The notes beneath the pieces are model-generated. The model had not been told where the DNA came from. It did no database searches and saw nothing but the letters and a program-made list of their open reading frames with translations. A DNA stretch of 64,000 nt from Thermoplasmatota archaeon (GTDB taxonomy: Archaea; Thermoplasmatota; E2; DHVEG-1; B18-G2): contig JAPDJO010000035.1 of the NCBI GenBank assembly GCA_029259115.1, positions 11,896 to 75,895 of the forward strand, written 5' to 3'. Positions 38,759-49,437 of the stretch are shown in pieces (positions within the stretch are counted from its first letter, which is position 1; each line of letters starts with the position of its first letter). The translations under genes were made by a program, and so were the position numbers.

Positions 38759-40078
38759 ATGTGTATCTGGATAGGAATAGATGATACCGATTCGAATAAA
38801 GGTGGATGCACCACTTACTTAGGATACAGAATAATATCTCAACTTATAGAGAGAGGATACGATATAATAGGTTATCCTAGGCTGGTAAGATTAAATCCAA
38901 ATATACCTTGGAAAACTAGAGGGAATGGAGCAGTAGCATTTAGAGTGGGAAGAGGCAAAGGAAGAAAGATCTTGATAGGAGAAATTAGAGGTAACAAAAT
39001 ATTTTCTTACAGTAGTGAGGAGAATAGCCAAATTGATATCGATGATATCAAGGCTTTGGTTGAAAGAGAGATAGAAAGTTTTGCGTTCTTATCAGATGAA
39101 AACACAAATTCAGGATACGTTATGACCAAGGAGAAACCAGATAGAAGCTTGTATGAAACTTGCGTAAAAGGTATAGCCTACTTAGATGATGTCATTAAGA
39201 TTCTCGATAGCTTGGGAGCTATATATAGAGGTTACAAAAATGGCAGGGGATTGATAGGAGCATCCGCGGCCGTGTCATGGGAACCTATAGATAGAACTTT
39301 TGAGATAATCACCTACAGATACAGGGAAAAATGGGGTACAGGAAGAGATGTCGATAAGATCTCTGTTATAGAGATGGACAAAACCATAAACTCTACCTTT
39401 GATAACTACGATTACGATAATGATAGGGTTCTGATAACCCCCAACTCTCCATGTCCGATTTTGTTTGGAATAAGAGGAGAGAATCCGGATGATCTATTTA
39501 AAGCAAAGGACATGATTAGATCTGAGGATTATGAAGGATGGATTATCTTTGAGACCAATCAAGGGACAGATGATCATATAGAAAGAAAGAAGATAATAGA
39601 TATTAAGCCCTATGAGTCCGTGATTGTTGAAGGAGTAATCGAAAAGGATCCATATACCATTAAGGGAGGGCACGTTATATTTAGTGTAAAAGATGAAACT
39701 TCTTCCATAGATTGCACAGCCTATGAACCGACAAAGAACTTCAGGGATATAGTGAGAAAGCTTAGAGTAGGTGATGTTGTAGAGGTATATGGTGGAGTTA
39801 GAGAAGAACCTTTTACAATAAACATTGAGAAGATAAGGATAAAGAAATTGGTTCGGATAAAGAAAAAAGTTGAGAATCCAATATGTGATAACTGCAGGAT
39901 CCATATGAAATCTTTAGGTAGAGATAAGGGTTACAGGTGCAGAAGATGTGGAGCTATCAAAAGTGAGGATGAGGCAAAATTTGAGATCCTAGAGAGAGGA
40001 TTAAGGGAAGGTTTCTACGAAGTTCCGCCATGTGCAAGGCGTCACCTGAGTAAGCCTCTTAAAAGGTTTGTTTCTTGA
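38759..40078 (+). CDS. tiaS: tRNA(Ile2) 2-agmatinylcytidine synthetase
   Basis: GIDDTDS..GGCTTY, LNPNIPWKTRGNGA, TNQGTDDH, C-terminal Zn ribbon, RRHLSKP. Confidence 0.95.
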   Translation: MCIWIGIDDTDSNKGGCTTYLGYRIISQLIERGYDIIGYPRLVRLNPNIPWKTRGNGAVAFRVGRGKGRKILIGEIRGNKIFSYSSEENSQIDIDDIKALVEREIESFAFLSDENTNSGYVMTKEKPDRSLYETCVKGIAYLDDVIKILDSLGAIYRGYKNGRGLIGASAAVSWEPIDRTFEIITYRYREKWGTGRDVDKISVIEMDKTINSTFDNYDYDNDRVLITPNSPCPILFGIRGENPDDLFKAKDMIRSEDYEGWIIFETNQGTDDHIERKKIIDIKPYESVIVEGVIEKDPYTIKGGHVIFSVKDETSSIDCTAYEPTKNFRDIVRKLRVGDVVEVYGGVREEPFTINIEKIRIKKLVRIKKKVENPICDNCRIHMKSLGRDKGYRCRRCGAIKSEDEAKFEILERGLREGFYEVPPCARRHLSKPLKRFVS

Positions 40079-40126
40079 ATTTGATACCATAACTGTTTTA
40101 ATGCCTGACCATATTTACCACTTGAG

Positions 40127-40199
40127 GCGGGTGTGGTGTAGTCTGGTATCACATAGCCCTGCCACGGCTATTACCCGGGTTCGAATCCCGGCACCCGCA
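40127..40199 (+). tRNA. tRNA-Gly (GCC)
   Basis: GCGGGTG/CACCCGC stem, TAGCC-CTGCCAC-GGCTA anticodon arm, CCGGG-TTCGAAT-CCCGG T arm. Confidence 0.96.
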
Positions 40200-40345
40200 T
40201 TCCTTTTGAAAAATAGAAGTTCAGCTCCGTGATCGTTCTGCTAGGGCAGAGTAAAATTCGTTTCTTTGCCAATAACTTATTTGCTATCAATTTTTCATTT
40301 GATTAAGAAATATTTAAATAATTGGGGAAGTATACTCAGGATGGC

Positions 40346-40991
40346 ATGAATACAAAGTGCAAAGGGATTTTTGCAGGTCTTGTGATGGCTCTCTTTATAA
40401 CAGCTGCAATGTCGCTGCTCTTTATTTTTGTATCTGTATCAAAATCAAATTACGAAATTTATCCGTTAATATTAGTCTCATCAATCCTAGGAGGGGTTCT
40501 CGCTGCTTTTGTAGGAAAGGTGAAAACAATCAAAGACGCTATAATTGTGGGCTATCTCACAGGAGTTGCTCTCTCTATCTTTTGGATACTCATATGTATA
40601 ATGATTCTATCCACGGAGTGGATTCTATCCGTATGGAATCCCCATTCCTATGAAGCTACCTTATCTCCACCACAAGCTTTCTTGATGAATAACATTTTCG
40701 AGGGGATTGGCAACATCCAACGAATATGTATACATAATTCTAGCCTTTATCCTAATATCTGCCTCACTCACTCTATCGACCTTCTTCGGTAGCTATAGTT
40801 ATTATCTATTCAATTCAATAAAGAGGTTTGGGAAATTACCCGAAAAGAGTGACTATCTGTGGTTTTTTGTCCTTTTAATAGTAACTTTAGGTTTGATTTT
40901 CTCTAAAGATTCGTATTTGGTTGTCGGCTTTGTCATTTTATCAGTGATCATTATTACTACCTCGGCAATTTATGCCTATCACAGAGTTTAA
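40346..40991 (+). pseudogene. Frameshifted polytopic membrane protein gene
   Basis: Two overlapping hydrophobic ORFs join into one ~214-aa membrane protein if one G is removed from GGGG at 40702-40705. Confidence 0.6.
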
Positions 40992-41042
40992 AAACTTACA
41001 AAATTTAATAAACACACAAACTATTCACATTACGGGATCGGG

Positions 41043-41249
41043 ATGCACATGGAGAGAACTGGTTCAGACCAGATTATCTTTGGCAGAGTTAGAAATCGAA
41101 TAGACCTGATCGGAAAGGTGGTAAAAATAAACGGGAATTTTGTATGCCTAGATATACCAAATTTCAAGGGATATCTAGAATATCCATCAACGCTTGTAGA
41201 GTTCATAGATGGTTTCGATTTTTCTGATCAGGGAAAATCGCAACCTTAA
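41043..41249 (+). CDS. Small hypothetical protein
   Basis: 68-aa ORF filling the gap before the PHP gene; AT-rich upstream sequence. Confidence 0.4.
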   Translation: MHMERTGSDQIIFGRVRNRIDLIGKVVKINGNFVCLDIPNFKGYLEYPSTLVEFIDGFDFSDQGKSQP

Positions 41250-41275
41250 AATTATTATAGCGCTTCCATCGACCC

Positions 41276-41959
41276 GTGAAAGATGGAAAAATCAGGATAG
41301 ATCTACACATACACTCATGTTACTCTGAGGATGCAAAGGGTACGCCAAGAGAGATCATAAAACGTCTCAAGAAATTAGGCTTAGATGGTGCCTGTATCAC
41401 TGATCACAACACAGTAAAAGGCTCCTTGGAAGCTCTCAAAGAAAAGATTAACGATTTTATCATCATCCCAGGAGTGGAAATCTCTACCTTAGAAGGACAC
41501 ATCCTAGCCATAGGAGTAAAGGAAGATATCCCAAGAGATAGGCATGTCGATGAGACTGTAGATCTTATATTAGACGCAGGCGGCGTTCCTGTTGTACCGC
41601 ATCTTTTCAGGAAAATGTCAGGGATAAAAAGGAAGAATCTGGAATTGATAGTTGATAAGATAGATGCGATAGAGGTTTTCAATAGCTGTAGCCTTCCAAA
41701 GACAAATATCAAAGTAGCTAAAGTAGCTAAGGAGCTTGATTTGGGCGGAACCGGAGGAAGTGATGCCCATGATCCAGAGTTTGTTGGGTATGGATATACA
41801 GTAATAGATAGCAGTGATTGTAGCATCGACTCTATTCTCTCTGAGATAGAGAAAAGAAAAACATGGGGAGAAGGGAGAACTCTACCATTAGAAGTTAGAA
41901 AGAAAAGGGTGATATTATCTATAAAGCAATTCTTCCAGAGAGGATTTAAGAGAATTTAG
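41276..41959 (+). CDS. PHP-domain metal-dependent phosphoesterase
   Basis: DLHIHS, ITDHN, PGVEIS..GH, GGSDAH. Confidence 0.9.
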   Translation: MKDGKIRIDLHIHSCYSEDAKGTPREIIKRLKKLGLDGACITDHNTVKGSLEALKEKINDFIIIPGVEISTLEGHILAIGVKEDIPRDRHVDETVDLILDAGGVPVVPHLFRKMSGIKRKNLELIVDKIDAIEVFNSCSLPKTNIKVAKVAKELDLGGTGGSDAHDPEFVGYGYTVIDSSDCSIDSILSEIEKRKTWGEGRTLPLEVRKKRVILSIKQFFQRGFKRI

Positions 41960-42422
41960 AGTCGTATTTGCCCTCGTCTATCTCTTTCTGGACTTCTTTT
42001 GGAGATTTTCCTTCGACATTTACTCCTATAGAAATGCAGCTTCCTATCACTTCCTTGACTTTGCTCTTTAAATCTTTCCCTAGCAAATCTCCATACTTCA
42101 TCTTTGCTATCTTTATAACCTGATCCATAGATAGATTACCAACCTTCTCTTCCCTTGGATTCCCTGATCCTTTCTCTATCCCTAACTCTTTTAAGATCAA
42201 AGCTGTAACAGGTGGAGTACCAACTTCTATTTCGAAACTCTTTGTCTTTGGATCAACTATCACCTTGACTGGTACTTTCATGCCATCAAAGTGCTTGGTT
42301 TTTTCGTTTATTGCATTCACAACCTGCATCACGTTTACTCCTAGTGGACCTAAAGCTGGACCTAATGGTGGACCTGCGTTTGCCTTACCTCCCTCTACTA
42401 ATACTTCTATAGTTTCAGCCAT
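41946..42422 (-). CDS. rpl11: 50S ribosomal protein L11
   Basis: [26 protein letters not shown]. Confidence 0.97.
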   Translation of the reverse strand: MAETIEVLVEGGKANAGPPLGPALGPLGVNVMQVVNAINEKTKHFDGMKVPVKVIVDPKTKSFEIEVGTPPVTALILKELGIEKGSGNPREEKVGNLSMDQVIKIAKMKYGDLLGKDLKSKVKEVIGSCISIGVNVEGKSPKEVQKEIDEGKYDSKFS

Positions 42423-42423
42423 C

Positions 42424-42903
42424 TTATTCCTCCTCCTTTCTCCTGACCACTCTAACCTGATCTCCTTTGACAGTTATTGGTATAGGAACAACGGAGTCGA
42501 AAAGTTCTACGGTTATTTCCTCCTTAGCTGTATCTATATGAGTAACTTTTGCCATCTCTCCTTTGAATGGTCCCGAGATCATTTCCACGATATCTCCCTC
42601 TGTTATTTTCTCAACGGATGATGCAGGAGTTAAGAACTTCTCTATCTCCTCTATGGGAATATTACCTTCGAGCATTCCTCTAACATATGATATGGTTCTT
42701 ATCATCTTCTTGACTTCATCAGCCTTATAGGCTTCTATAAATACGTAACCTCTCAGTTCAGGAGTCACAAGAACAGATAAGACATTCTTATCATGGGTTT
42801 TCTTTATTCTTCCCCTTATCAATTCTGCAACATTTTGCTCTTTTCCGATCTGTGTCTTTATAGAGAATATCTTTGGTTTTTCAAACAGCTCTTCTTCCCC
42901 CAT
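42424..42903 (-). CDS. spt5: Transcription elongation factor Spt5 (NusG)
   Basis: NGN domain (GKEQNVA, RGYVFIE) plus KOW ([14 protein letters not shown]). Confidence 0.95.
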   Translation of the reverse strand: MGEEELFEKPKIFSIKTQIGKEQNVAELIRGRIKKTHDKNVLSVLVTPELRGYVFIEAYKADEVKKMIRTISYVRGMLEGNIPIEEIEKFLTPASSVEKITEGDIVEMISGPFKGEMAKVTHIDTAKEEITVELFDSVVPIPITVKGDQVRVVRRKEEE

Positions 42904-42911
42904 TATACCAC

Positions 42912-43172
42912 CTATATGCCAAACTGAGATAAAATCCAAGGAGCAACAACCTGTTTTATTATGTAGATGGTAAATCCTATCCCACCTATGATGAGCATAC
43001 CAACAAAAGTTATTTTCAAAGTTTTGTAGTACTCCTCTTCCGTCGGCTTCCTTGCCATCTTTATTATCCTTCCATACTTTCCTTTACCTATATTGTGAAC
43101 CTTATCCTCTATCCTCTTCTGCACTTCCCATGCTTTGTCTATGATACTCTTCCTTCCATTCATGGAGTTCAA
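42912..43172 (-). CDS. secE: Protein translocase subunit SecE / Sec61 gamma
   Basis: RIIKMARKPTEEEY plus a single TM helix (GGIGFTIY). Confidence 0.93.
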   Translation of the reverse strand: MNSMNGRKSIIDKAWEVQKRIEDKVHNIGKGKYGRIIKMARKPTEEEYYKTLKITFVGMLIIGGIGFTIYIIKQVVAPWILSQFGI

Positions 43173-43233
43173 TACCAGGATGAAGTACTCATATATAAAG
43201 TTTGGTTTGATAAAATAGAGAAGTGGAGAGGAG

Positions 43234-44355
43234 TTATCTTACAATATCTATTCCTATCTCCTCTCTGACTAGATCTCTCCTCTCAGGTCCTAAAATCTGC
43301 TTGGATTTCACTCCAGTTACCACAACCATAGTTCTTATTCTTCCTTTGAGAGAAGGATCTACAGTTGTACCCCATATTATTCTTGCATTTGGATCTATCC
43401 TTGAATAGAGCTCTTCAACGACTCTCTCTGCCTCGCTTATCGTCATATCATCTCCACCCATCACATTGATCAATGCACCTGTTGCTCCGGAGATATCAAC
43501 ATCGAGTAGCGGAGAATTCAAAGCCTCTGCCACGGCCTCTACAGCTTTGTTGTCTCCTTCAGCCTCTCCTAGACCTATCATCGCTACACCACCGCGCTTC
43601 ATTATTGTCTTAAGGTCTGCAAAGTCTAGATTGACTAGGCCAGGAACCGTGATCATCTCTGTTATTCCTTTTATGCTTCTCATTAGAATCTCATCAGCCA
43701 CCTTGAAGGCTGCATTTAAGGGTAAGTTTGGAACTATGGATAATAGCTTATCATTTGGAATTACTATCACGGTATCACATGCATCCCTCAATCTTTTAAG
43801 GCCAGCCTCGGCATTCTCCATTCTAATAGCTCCCTCTACACTAAAGGGTAGGGTAACAACTCCTATAGTCAATGCACCGACCTCTTTTGAGAGTCTAGCT
43901 ATTATCGGCGAGGCTCCTGTTCCTGTTCCCCCTCCTAGACCACAGGTAACGAATACCATATCTGATCCTTCCAAGGCATTCCTTATGTCGGCTTCGCTTT
44001 CAAGTGCTGCCTCTTCTCCTATTTGCGGTAGAGATCCTGCTCCTAGACCTCTCGTCACGTGTCTGCCTATCAAAATCTTTGTCGGAGCTATGGATCTCAG
44101 TAGATGCTGGGCATCTGTATTTACAGCTATCAGGTCTGCACCAGCTATTCCCTCTTCTACACATCTATCTATGGTATTGGTCCCAGCCCCTCCACAACCT
44201 ATAACTCTAATGGTTGTTTTCAAACTAGATAATAACGCCTCTAATTCCTTCTCATCTGTCCCTCTGACATTTCCACTTGCCGTTGATGGTTTTACTTTGG
44301 TATTCTTCTTTTCTTCTCTACTCCTCGCTAAGGCTTCTTCTACGATCTTCTTCAT
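43234..44355 (-). CDS. ftsZ: Cell division protein FtsZ
   Basis: [30 protein letters not shown]. Confidence 0.97.
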   Translation of the reverse strand: MKKIVEEALARSREEKKNTKVKPSTASGNVRGTDEKELEALLSSLKTTIRVIGCGGAGTNTIDRCVEEGIAGADLIAVNTDAQHLLRSIAPTKILIGRHVTRGLGAGSLPQIGEEAALESEADIRNALEGSDMVFVTCGLGGGTGTGASPIIARLSKEVGALTIGVVTLPFSVEGAIRMENAEAGLKRLRDACDTVIVIPNDKLLSIVPNLPLNAAFKVADEILMRSIKGITEMITVPGLVNLDFADLKTIMKRGGVAMIGLGEAEGDNKAVEAVAEALNSPLLDVDISGATGALINVMGGDDMTISEAERVVEELYSRIDPNARIIWGTTVDPSLKGRIRTMVVVTGVKSKQILGPERRDLVREEIGIDIVR

Positions 44356-44393
44356 ACTCACCCCTCTCCAAAACTGTAAAGCATTTTGGTTTA

Positions 44394-45239
44394 TTAAAGG
44401 TTTCTTTTATAATATTGATCTCGATCCTCTATTTCAAGGGAAAAATCTTTGGATTTCACACTGTGCGTGATATAACCTAGAGATATTCTATCCGCAAATT
44501 TCGCATATCTTAAGATGTTATCTTCTCTTATACCCCCAGAAATCTCTACTAAGATGTTCGGATTTTTTTCTTTGATTTTTCTAGCCATCTTCTCAGCCTT
44601 TTCCGGTGGCTGGTTATCTATAAGGATGGCATCAACTTCCTCTTCAGTAGCAATTAGAGCTTGTTCCTCATTCTCAACTTCAACCTCTATGAACTTATCT
44701 CTCACCTTCTCTTTCACTCTTCTTATCGCTTCTCTTAGAGATTTAGCGGCCTTTATGTGATTATCCTTGATTAAAACCGCATCAAACAAACCGAATCTAT
44801 GAGGGTCTCCTCCCCCTATAACAACAGCTTTCTTCTCATACTTTCTAAAGCCTGGCGTGGTCTTTCTTGTAGCTGCGATCTTTACATCAGGATTGATCTT
44901 CCTGCACATATCTACAAGCTTTCTAGTCTCAGTAGCTATTCCACTCATTCTGGATATCATATTCAAAGCAAGCCTCTCACCAGCAAGTATCGATCTCAAT
45001 TTTCCTTTCACCTTAGCAACTATCTCTCCCTTTTTTACTTCTTCCCCGTCTTTCCGGATCATCTCAAGGTTGGCTCCCAATCTCGAGAATACCTCCTTTG
45101 CATCTTCTATTCCAGCAAGAATGCAATCCTCATTTGCTATTATTACAGCCTCGCCTTCCTCATCTCCAAAAATAGAATTTGTAGTGATATCGCCTTCTTC
45201 TCCAAGATCTTCTTTGAGATAAATGTCTATGTAATCCAT
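44394..45239 (-). CDS. nadC: Quinolinate phosphoribosyltransferase
   Basis: [26 protein letters not shown]. Confidence 0.95.
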   Translation of the reverse strand: MDYIDIYLKEDLGEEGDITTNSIFGDEEGEAVIIANEDCILAGIEDAKEVFSRLGANLEMIRKDGEEVKKGEIVAKVKGKLRSILAGERLALNMISRMSGIATETRKLVDMCRKINPDVKIAATRKTTPGFRKYEKKAVVIGGGDPHRFGLFDAVLIKDNHIKAAKSLREAIRRVKEKVRDKFIEVEVENEEQALIATEEEVDAILIDNQPPEKAEKMARKIKEKNPNILVEISGGIREDNILRYAKFADRISLGYITHSVKSKDFSLEIEDRDQYYKRNL

Positions 45240-45286
45240 GCTGTAGGTTTTATAGTAGATGAATGTATTAAGATTTTGGTGAGTTT

Positions 45287-46054
45287 ATGATACTAGGTAT
45301 AATCGGATGTGGAGCTATAGGAACAGACGTAGCTCTAGCTGCAGACAAGATGGAGGATATAGAAGAGATATATCTGTATGATAAGGTCAAGGAAGCTGAG
45401 AAGAATCTAGTGAAAAAACTCAGGAAAGGAAGAATAGCAAAAAATGTAGATGAGCTTATAGAGAGATCAGATGCTGTTTTTGAGGCTGCATCTCAGGAAG
45501 CTGTTTTTGAATATGGAGAGAAAATTTTGGAATCTGGTAAGGATCTTGTCATAATGAGTATGGGAGCTCTATTTGATGATGATTTCAGGGAAAGATTGAT
45601 ATCCATAGCAAAAAGGAACAGATGCAAGATATATCTTCCTTCTGGAGCAATATGTGGTATAGATGGCATAGCAGCAGCAAGAACGGGTGGACTAGATGAG
45701 GTCACCTTAGTAACAACGAAGCCTCCAGAATCCCTAGGAAGAAAAGACGAGAAAAGAACGGTTGTCTTTGATGGAACAGCAAGAGAGGCTGTCAGATTAT
45801 TTCCTCAAAACATAAATGTTGCTGCTTGCGTTTCCCTTGCTGGTATAGGTTTTGATAGGACCGAGGTAAAAATAGTATCTGATCCTGTAGCTGTCAGAAT
45901 ACATCACAAGGTTCTCGCACATGGAAAGTTTGGAAGACTTAGGGCAGAGGTAGAGAACATGCCCAATCCAAATAATCCAAAGTCTAGTTATTTAGCATCT
46001 CTCTCAGCTATAGCGATACTCAGAAGAATTGTCGATCCTGTTCAGATTGGATAA
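45287..46054 (+). CDS. nadX: L-aspartate dehydrogenase
   Basis: GCGAIG, EAASQEA, PSGAICGID, FPQNINVA, NPKSSYLA. Confidence 0.93.
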   Translation: MILGIIGCGAIGTDVALAADKMEDIEEIYLYDKVKEAEKNLVKKLRKGRIAKNVDELIERSDAVFEAASQEAVFEYGEKILESGKDLVIMSMGALFDDDFRERLISIAKRNRCKIYLPSGAICGIDGIAAARTGGLDEVTLVTTKPPESLGRKDEKRTVVFDGTAREAVRLFPQNINVAACVSLAGIGFDRTEVKIVSDPVAVRIHHKVLAHGKFGRLRAEVENMPNPNNPKSSYLASLSAIAILRRIVDPVQIG

Positions 46055-46055
46055 A

Positions 46056-47984
46056 ATGAGGTTCGAGATCAAAGATAGAGATGGTCTTGCAAGGATAGGA
46101 GTATTGGAAACCAGACATGGAAAGGTAGAGACTCCAGCCTTGCTTCCAGTAATAAATCCAAACAAGGTGTTGATAGAGCCAAAAGAAATGAAAAAACTTT
46201 TCAAGATAGATATTTTGATAACAAATTCCTATATCATCTACAAGAATAAGAGATTGAAAGAGTTTGCTCTCTCCAAGGGAGTACACAAACTTTTGGATTT
46301 TGATGGATCCATAATGACAGACTCTGGAACATTTCAATCATATGTCTATGGAGATATAGATGTTGATCCTATAGAAATAGTTGAGTTTCAGAGAGATATA
46401 GGGAGTGATATAGGAACGATACTTGATCTCTTTACAAATCCAGAAGAAAGTTACGATGAAACCAAGAGGAAAATCAATGAGACTGTAAGGAGAGCTAGGA
46501 TCAGTTCGAAGGTAAAGGGAGAGATGCTTCTTGCGTGTCCCGTTCAGGGAGGGACATACGAAGACCTAAGAGCTGCATGTGCAAAAAAGATGAGTGAAAT
46601 AGAATGTGATGTTCATCCAATAGGAGGGGTTGTCCCTCTAATGGAGAACCAAAGGTACGATGATCTAGCCAAGGTTATTATCTCTTCGAAGAGATATCTA
46701 CCTCTATCTAGAGTTGTTCATCTATTTGGGGCAGGGCATCCGTTGGTCTTTCCTCTAGCAGTAATTTTAGGCGTGGATCTAGTTGATTCTGCCTCTTATG
46801 CAAAGTATGCAAGAGATGATAGATTGATATTTCCATGGGGAACAGAAAAACTCGAGGATTTAGAGGAGATTCCTTGCAATTGTCCAGTTTGTACAAGCAC
46901 CGATATCAAAGAATTGAAGGAGATGGATAAGGTTGAAAGAGAGAAGAAGATAGCTTTACACAATCTCTACATATGCTTCTCTGAGATGAAGAGAATAAAG
47001 GTGGCCATAAAAGAAGGTAGTCTATGGGAATTGGTCGAAGAAAAATCCTCTCTTAATCCCATGATGTTCGATGCTTTGAGGGTATTGGAAAGAGAAGATG
47101 TAAAAGAGTGGCTAGAAAAGTTTGAATCTATATCAAAAAAATCTGCTCTATTCTATGTCAATCCCCACACATTACATAGACCCATAATCTATAGATATCA
47201 AAAGAGGTTATTTTCCGTATACCGACCTAGAGAAAAAGAGGTTGTACTTAAGGAGGAGGTGGAAAAACCTTACAGTAGATATTATAGGGAAGAGTGGGAG
47301 AAAAGTAAAATTGATATTATTGTGAAAACCCCATTTGGGCCGATTCCTCTACCTCTGGATGAGATGTACCCGATAGCCCAGTCTGTGTTTCCCAAAAACA
47401 TAGATGAAGAAAGCAAGATACTATCTGAAAAATTAATAAAAGAATTTCTCGAAAAGTTTGAATTGAAAGAAACTAAAGAGAGGAGGAAAGGTAAGAGAGA
47501 TTTGGATTTGGATTTGGATTTGGATAGGGTGAGATACATTATAGACATGCAGTTTGGTAAAGGTGTATCCGATATTCTATTAGATGGAGAGGTAAAGATA
47601 GTAAAATCAAAATCCACAGGGAAAATAAGGAATGTTTACCTTAATGGAAAGCATATACTATCGATGAGGGCGCAGGATGGTCTTTTTACTCTGAAAGTGG
47701 ATGGTGGCAGGATATTGCACACATATTACGCTTCTCCCAGGTTTAGGGTTGTAGTTGAAAATAACGTCTCTGATTACATAAAAAATGGCAGAAATGTTTT
47801 TTCGAAATTCGTTGTTGATTGCGATTCCAACCTCAGACCTTTTGATGAATGCTTGATAGTATCTGAAGACGATGATTTTCTTGGGGTTGGAAGGTGTTTA
47901 CTAAACAGAGATGAGATGTTGTCGTTTAACTATGGCATTGCTGTAAAGACTAGAGAAGGAGTAAAAGATGGAAGGAATAACTAA
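46056..47984 (+). CDS. tgtA: Archaeosine tRNA-guanine(15) transglycosylase with C-terminal PUA domain
   Basis: ETPALLPV, MTDSGTFQ, HLFGAGHP, DSASY, CNCPVC, PUA domain. Confidence 0.94.
   Translation: MRFEIKDRDGLARIGVLETRHGKVETPALLPVINPNKVLIEPKEMKKLFKIDILITNSYIIYKNKRLKEFALSKGVHKLLDFDGSIMTDSGTFQSYVYGDIDVDPIEIVEFQRDIGSDIGTILDLFTNPEESYDETKRKINETVRRARISSKVKGEMLLACPVQGGTYEDLRAACAKKMSEIECDVHPIGGVVPLMENQRYDDLAKVIISSKRYLPLSRVVHLFGAGHPLVFPLAVILGVDLVDSASYAKYARDDRLIFPWGTEKLEDLEEIPCNCPVCTSTDIKELKEMDKVEREKKIALHNLYICFSEMKRIKVAIKEGSLWELVEEKSSLNPMMFDALRVLEREDVKEWLEKFESISKKSALFYVNPHTLHRPIIYRYQKRLFSVYRPREKEVVLKEEVEKPYSRYYREEWEKSKIDIIVKTPFGPIPLPLDEMYPIAQSVFPKNIDEESKILSEKLIKEFLEKFELKETKERRKGKRDLDLDLDLDRVRYIIDMQFGKGVSDILLDGEVKIVKSKSTGKIRNVYLNGKHILSMRAQDGLFTLKVDGGRILHTYYASPRFRVVVENNVSDYIKNGRNVFSKFVVDCDSNLRPFDECLIVSEDDDFLGVGRCLLNRDEMLSFNYGIAVKTREGVKDGRNN
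47499..47525 (+). repeat. In-frame hexanucleotide tandem repeat (GATTTG)x4.5 encoding DLDLDLDLD
   Basis: GATTTGGATTTGGATTTGGATTTGGAT inside tgtA. Confidence 0.9.
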
Positions 47985-48498
47985 TCCTCCCTGGGTTTAT
48001 GGTCCAAAAGAGGTTGGAGAATGGATAGATGCAACATATAGAGGTAAGGAGGAGATCAGGAGAAAAGAAAGGGTAGAAAGGAAAAATGTTGAGATCAAGT
48101 TATCTGGAGGGAAAAGAAAAATTTCAAAGAAATGGATCGGAATATTCAGGTACTGCGAAGAGGATATTGAAGAGGTACTAGGTATTGTTCTGAAAGCTCT
48201 TTACAAAACAGGCTTTAAGAGGTTACTATATGCTAACATCAAGATAGAGAAACAAGAGAAGGTGACTTTAAAAGATTTAGAAAACATATCGGTAGGAATT
48301 GATAAGAAGAAAATAAAACTAGTACTAGCAAAAGGGGAGATTGAAAGAGTACATGTCATAGCGAAGAGGTTTCATCCATGTAAAAGACCATCAACTATAG
48401 TTTCTATGGAAAAAGCTTTGGATGAGGATGTATCTAGATTTCTCAATATAATAAAGGAGAAAAAGGTAGTTATTCATGATGTTCTTTACAGACACTAG
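47968..48498 (+). CDS. Hypothetical basic protein
   Basis: 176-aa ORF overlapping the tgtA 3' end; GGAG RBS. Confidence 0.65.
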   Translation: MEGITNPPWVYGPKEVGEWIDATYRGKEEIRRKERVERKNVEIKLSGGKRKISKKWIGIFRYCEEDIEEVLGIVLKALYKTGFKRLLYANIKIEKQEKVTLKDLENISVGIDKKKIKLVLAKGEIERVHVIAKRFHPCKRPSTIVSMEKALDEDVSRFLNIIKEKKVVIHDVLYRH

Positions 48499-48508
48499 AA
48501 GAGGTTGC

Positions 48509-49294
48509 TCAATCTTGAATTACCTCGAAAGTTACCGATAGTTTAACCGAGATCGTTAAATCCTTTGGCAGTATCTGTGTTGAAGTATCATAACCGAATT
48601 CATTTACGAAAGTTTCCCCCTTATAGACACGAGATATATATCCGTAGTTGTTATAACTTATAGATACCAATTTACCCAACTTTCCACCAAGTGCTGAAAC
48701 TATTATCTCTGCCTTTTCCTTGGCATCTCTCGCAGCTTCAGCCAGTAGTTGATTCCTTATCTCTTCTCGTCTCTCTCTAGATATCTCAAAATACACTCTA
48801 TCTACAAACGCGCCAGATTTTATGCATGTATCTAGCACTTTGCCGGCTTTATCAAAATCCCTCACCGTAACCTTCATTCTATAGATTGCCCTATATCCTC
48901 TAAAGATCTTTCCACTACTTGTCCAATCATACTCTGGGTATAAGTTATAGTTAGTCGTTTCGATATCATCTTCTTCAACGCCTATCTTTTCCAGGGAGGA
49001 TATAACTTTACTAACTATCTCAGCAGCTCCTTTCCTTGCTAGATCAGGGGATGATTCATCTTTACTTTCAATTGTTAAACTTATTACCATTTGATCAGGT
49101 TCATATTCTCCCTGTGCCATGCCAATTACACTAATTGTAGCTGTTCTACTGTTTTCATCTCCTGAGTAGTCTGTGGCTATAGACGATATACCTATGGCAA
49201 TGGGCTTACCTAAAACTGAGATTGCAACCAAGGCAATAATTGCTGTCGAGATAACAGCCTTTACCAGGTTTTTCTTCACTTCTCTCATTTCCAT
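48509..49294 (-). CDS. SIMPL (DUF541) domain protein with N-terminal membrane anchor
   Basis: TISVIG..PD, DIETTNYNLYPEYDW, AARDAKEKAE; start probably 49294. Confidence 0.85.
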   Translation of the reverse strand: MEMREVKKNLVKAVISTAIIALVAISVLGKPIAIGISSIATDYSGDENSRTATISVIGMAQGEYEPDQMVISLTIESKDESSPDLARKGAAEIVSKVISSLEKIGVEEDDIETTNYNLYPEYDWTSSGKIFRGYRAIYRMKVTVRDFDKAGKVLDTCIKSGAFVDRVYFEISRERREEIRNQLLAEAARDAKEKAEIIVSALGGKLGKLVSISYNNYGYISRVYKGETFVNEFGYDTSTQILPKDLTISVKLSVTFEVIQD

Positions 49295-49437
49295 TACCAG
49301 ACTAATATTTTCCATCAAGCTATTTATAAGATCGGAAAATGTTAGGGAGAAACCTAACAGTTTTAACCTAAGAATATTCGTTGTTTGTCGTAAACGATTT
49401 AGACAAATAAATAAATCATGAGGTAAATTTCTGTTAC

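Noticed and set aside
40200-41275. Integrated element at tRNA-Gly; hairpin TCTGC-TAGG-GCAGA at 40237-40250
   Set aside because: No integrase and no duplicated tRNA 3' end were seen; a 5-bp stem is too weak to call.
43466-44470. 334-aa plus-strand ORF
   Set aside because: Antisense shadow of ftsZ with no motifs. The same applies to the many short antisense ORFs over mbh, polC, rtcB and other genes.
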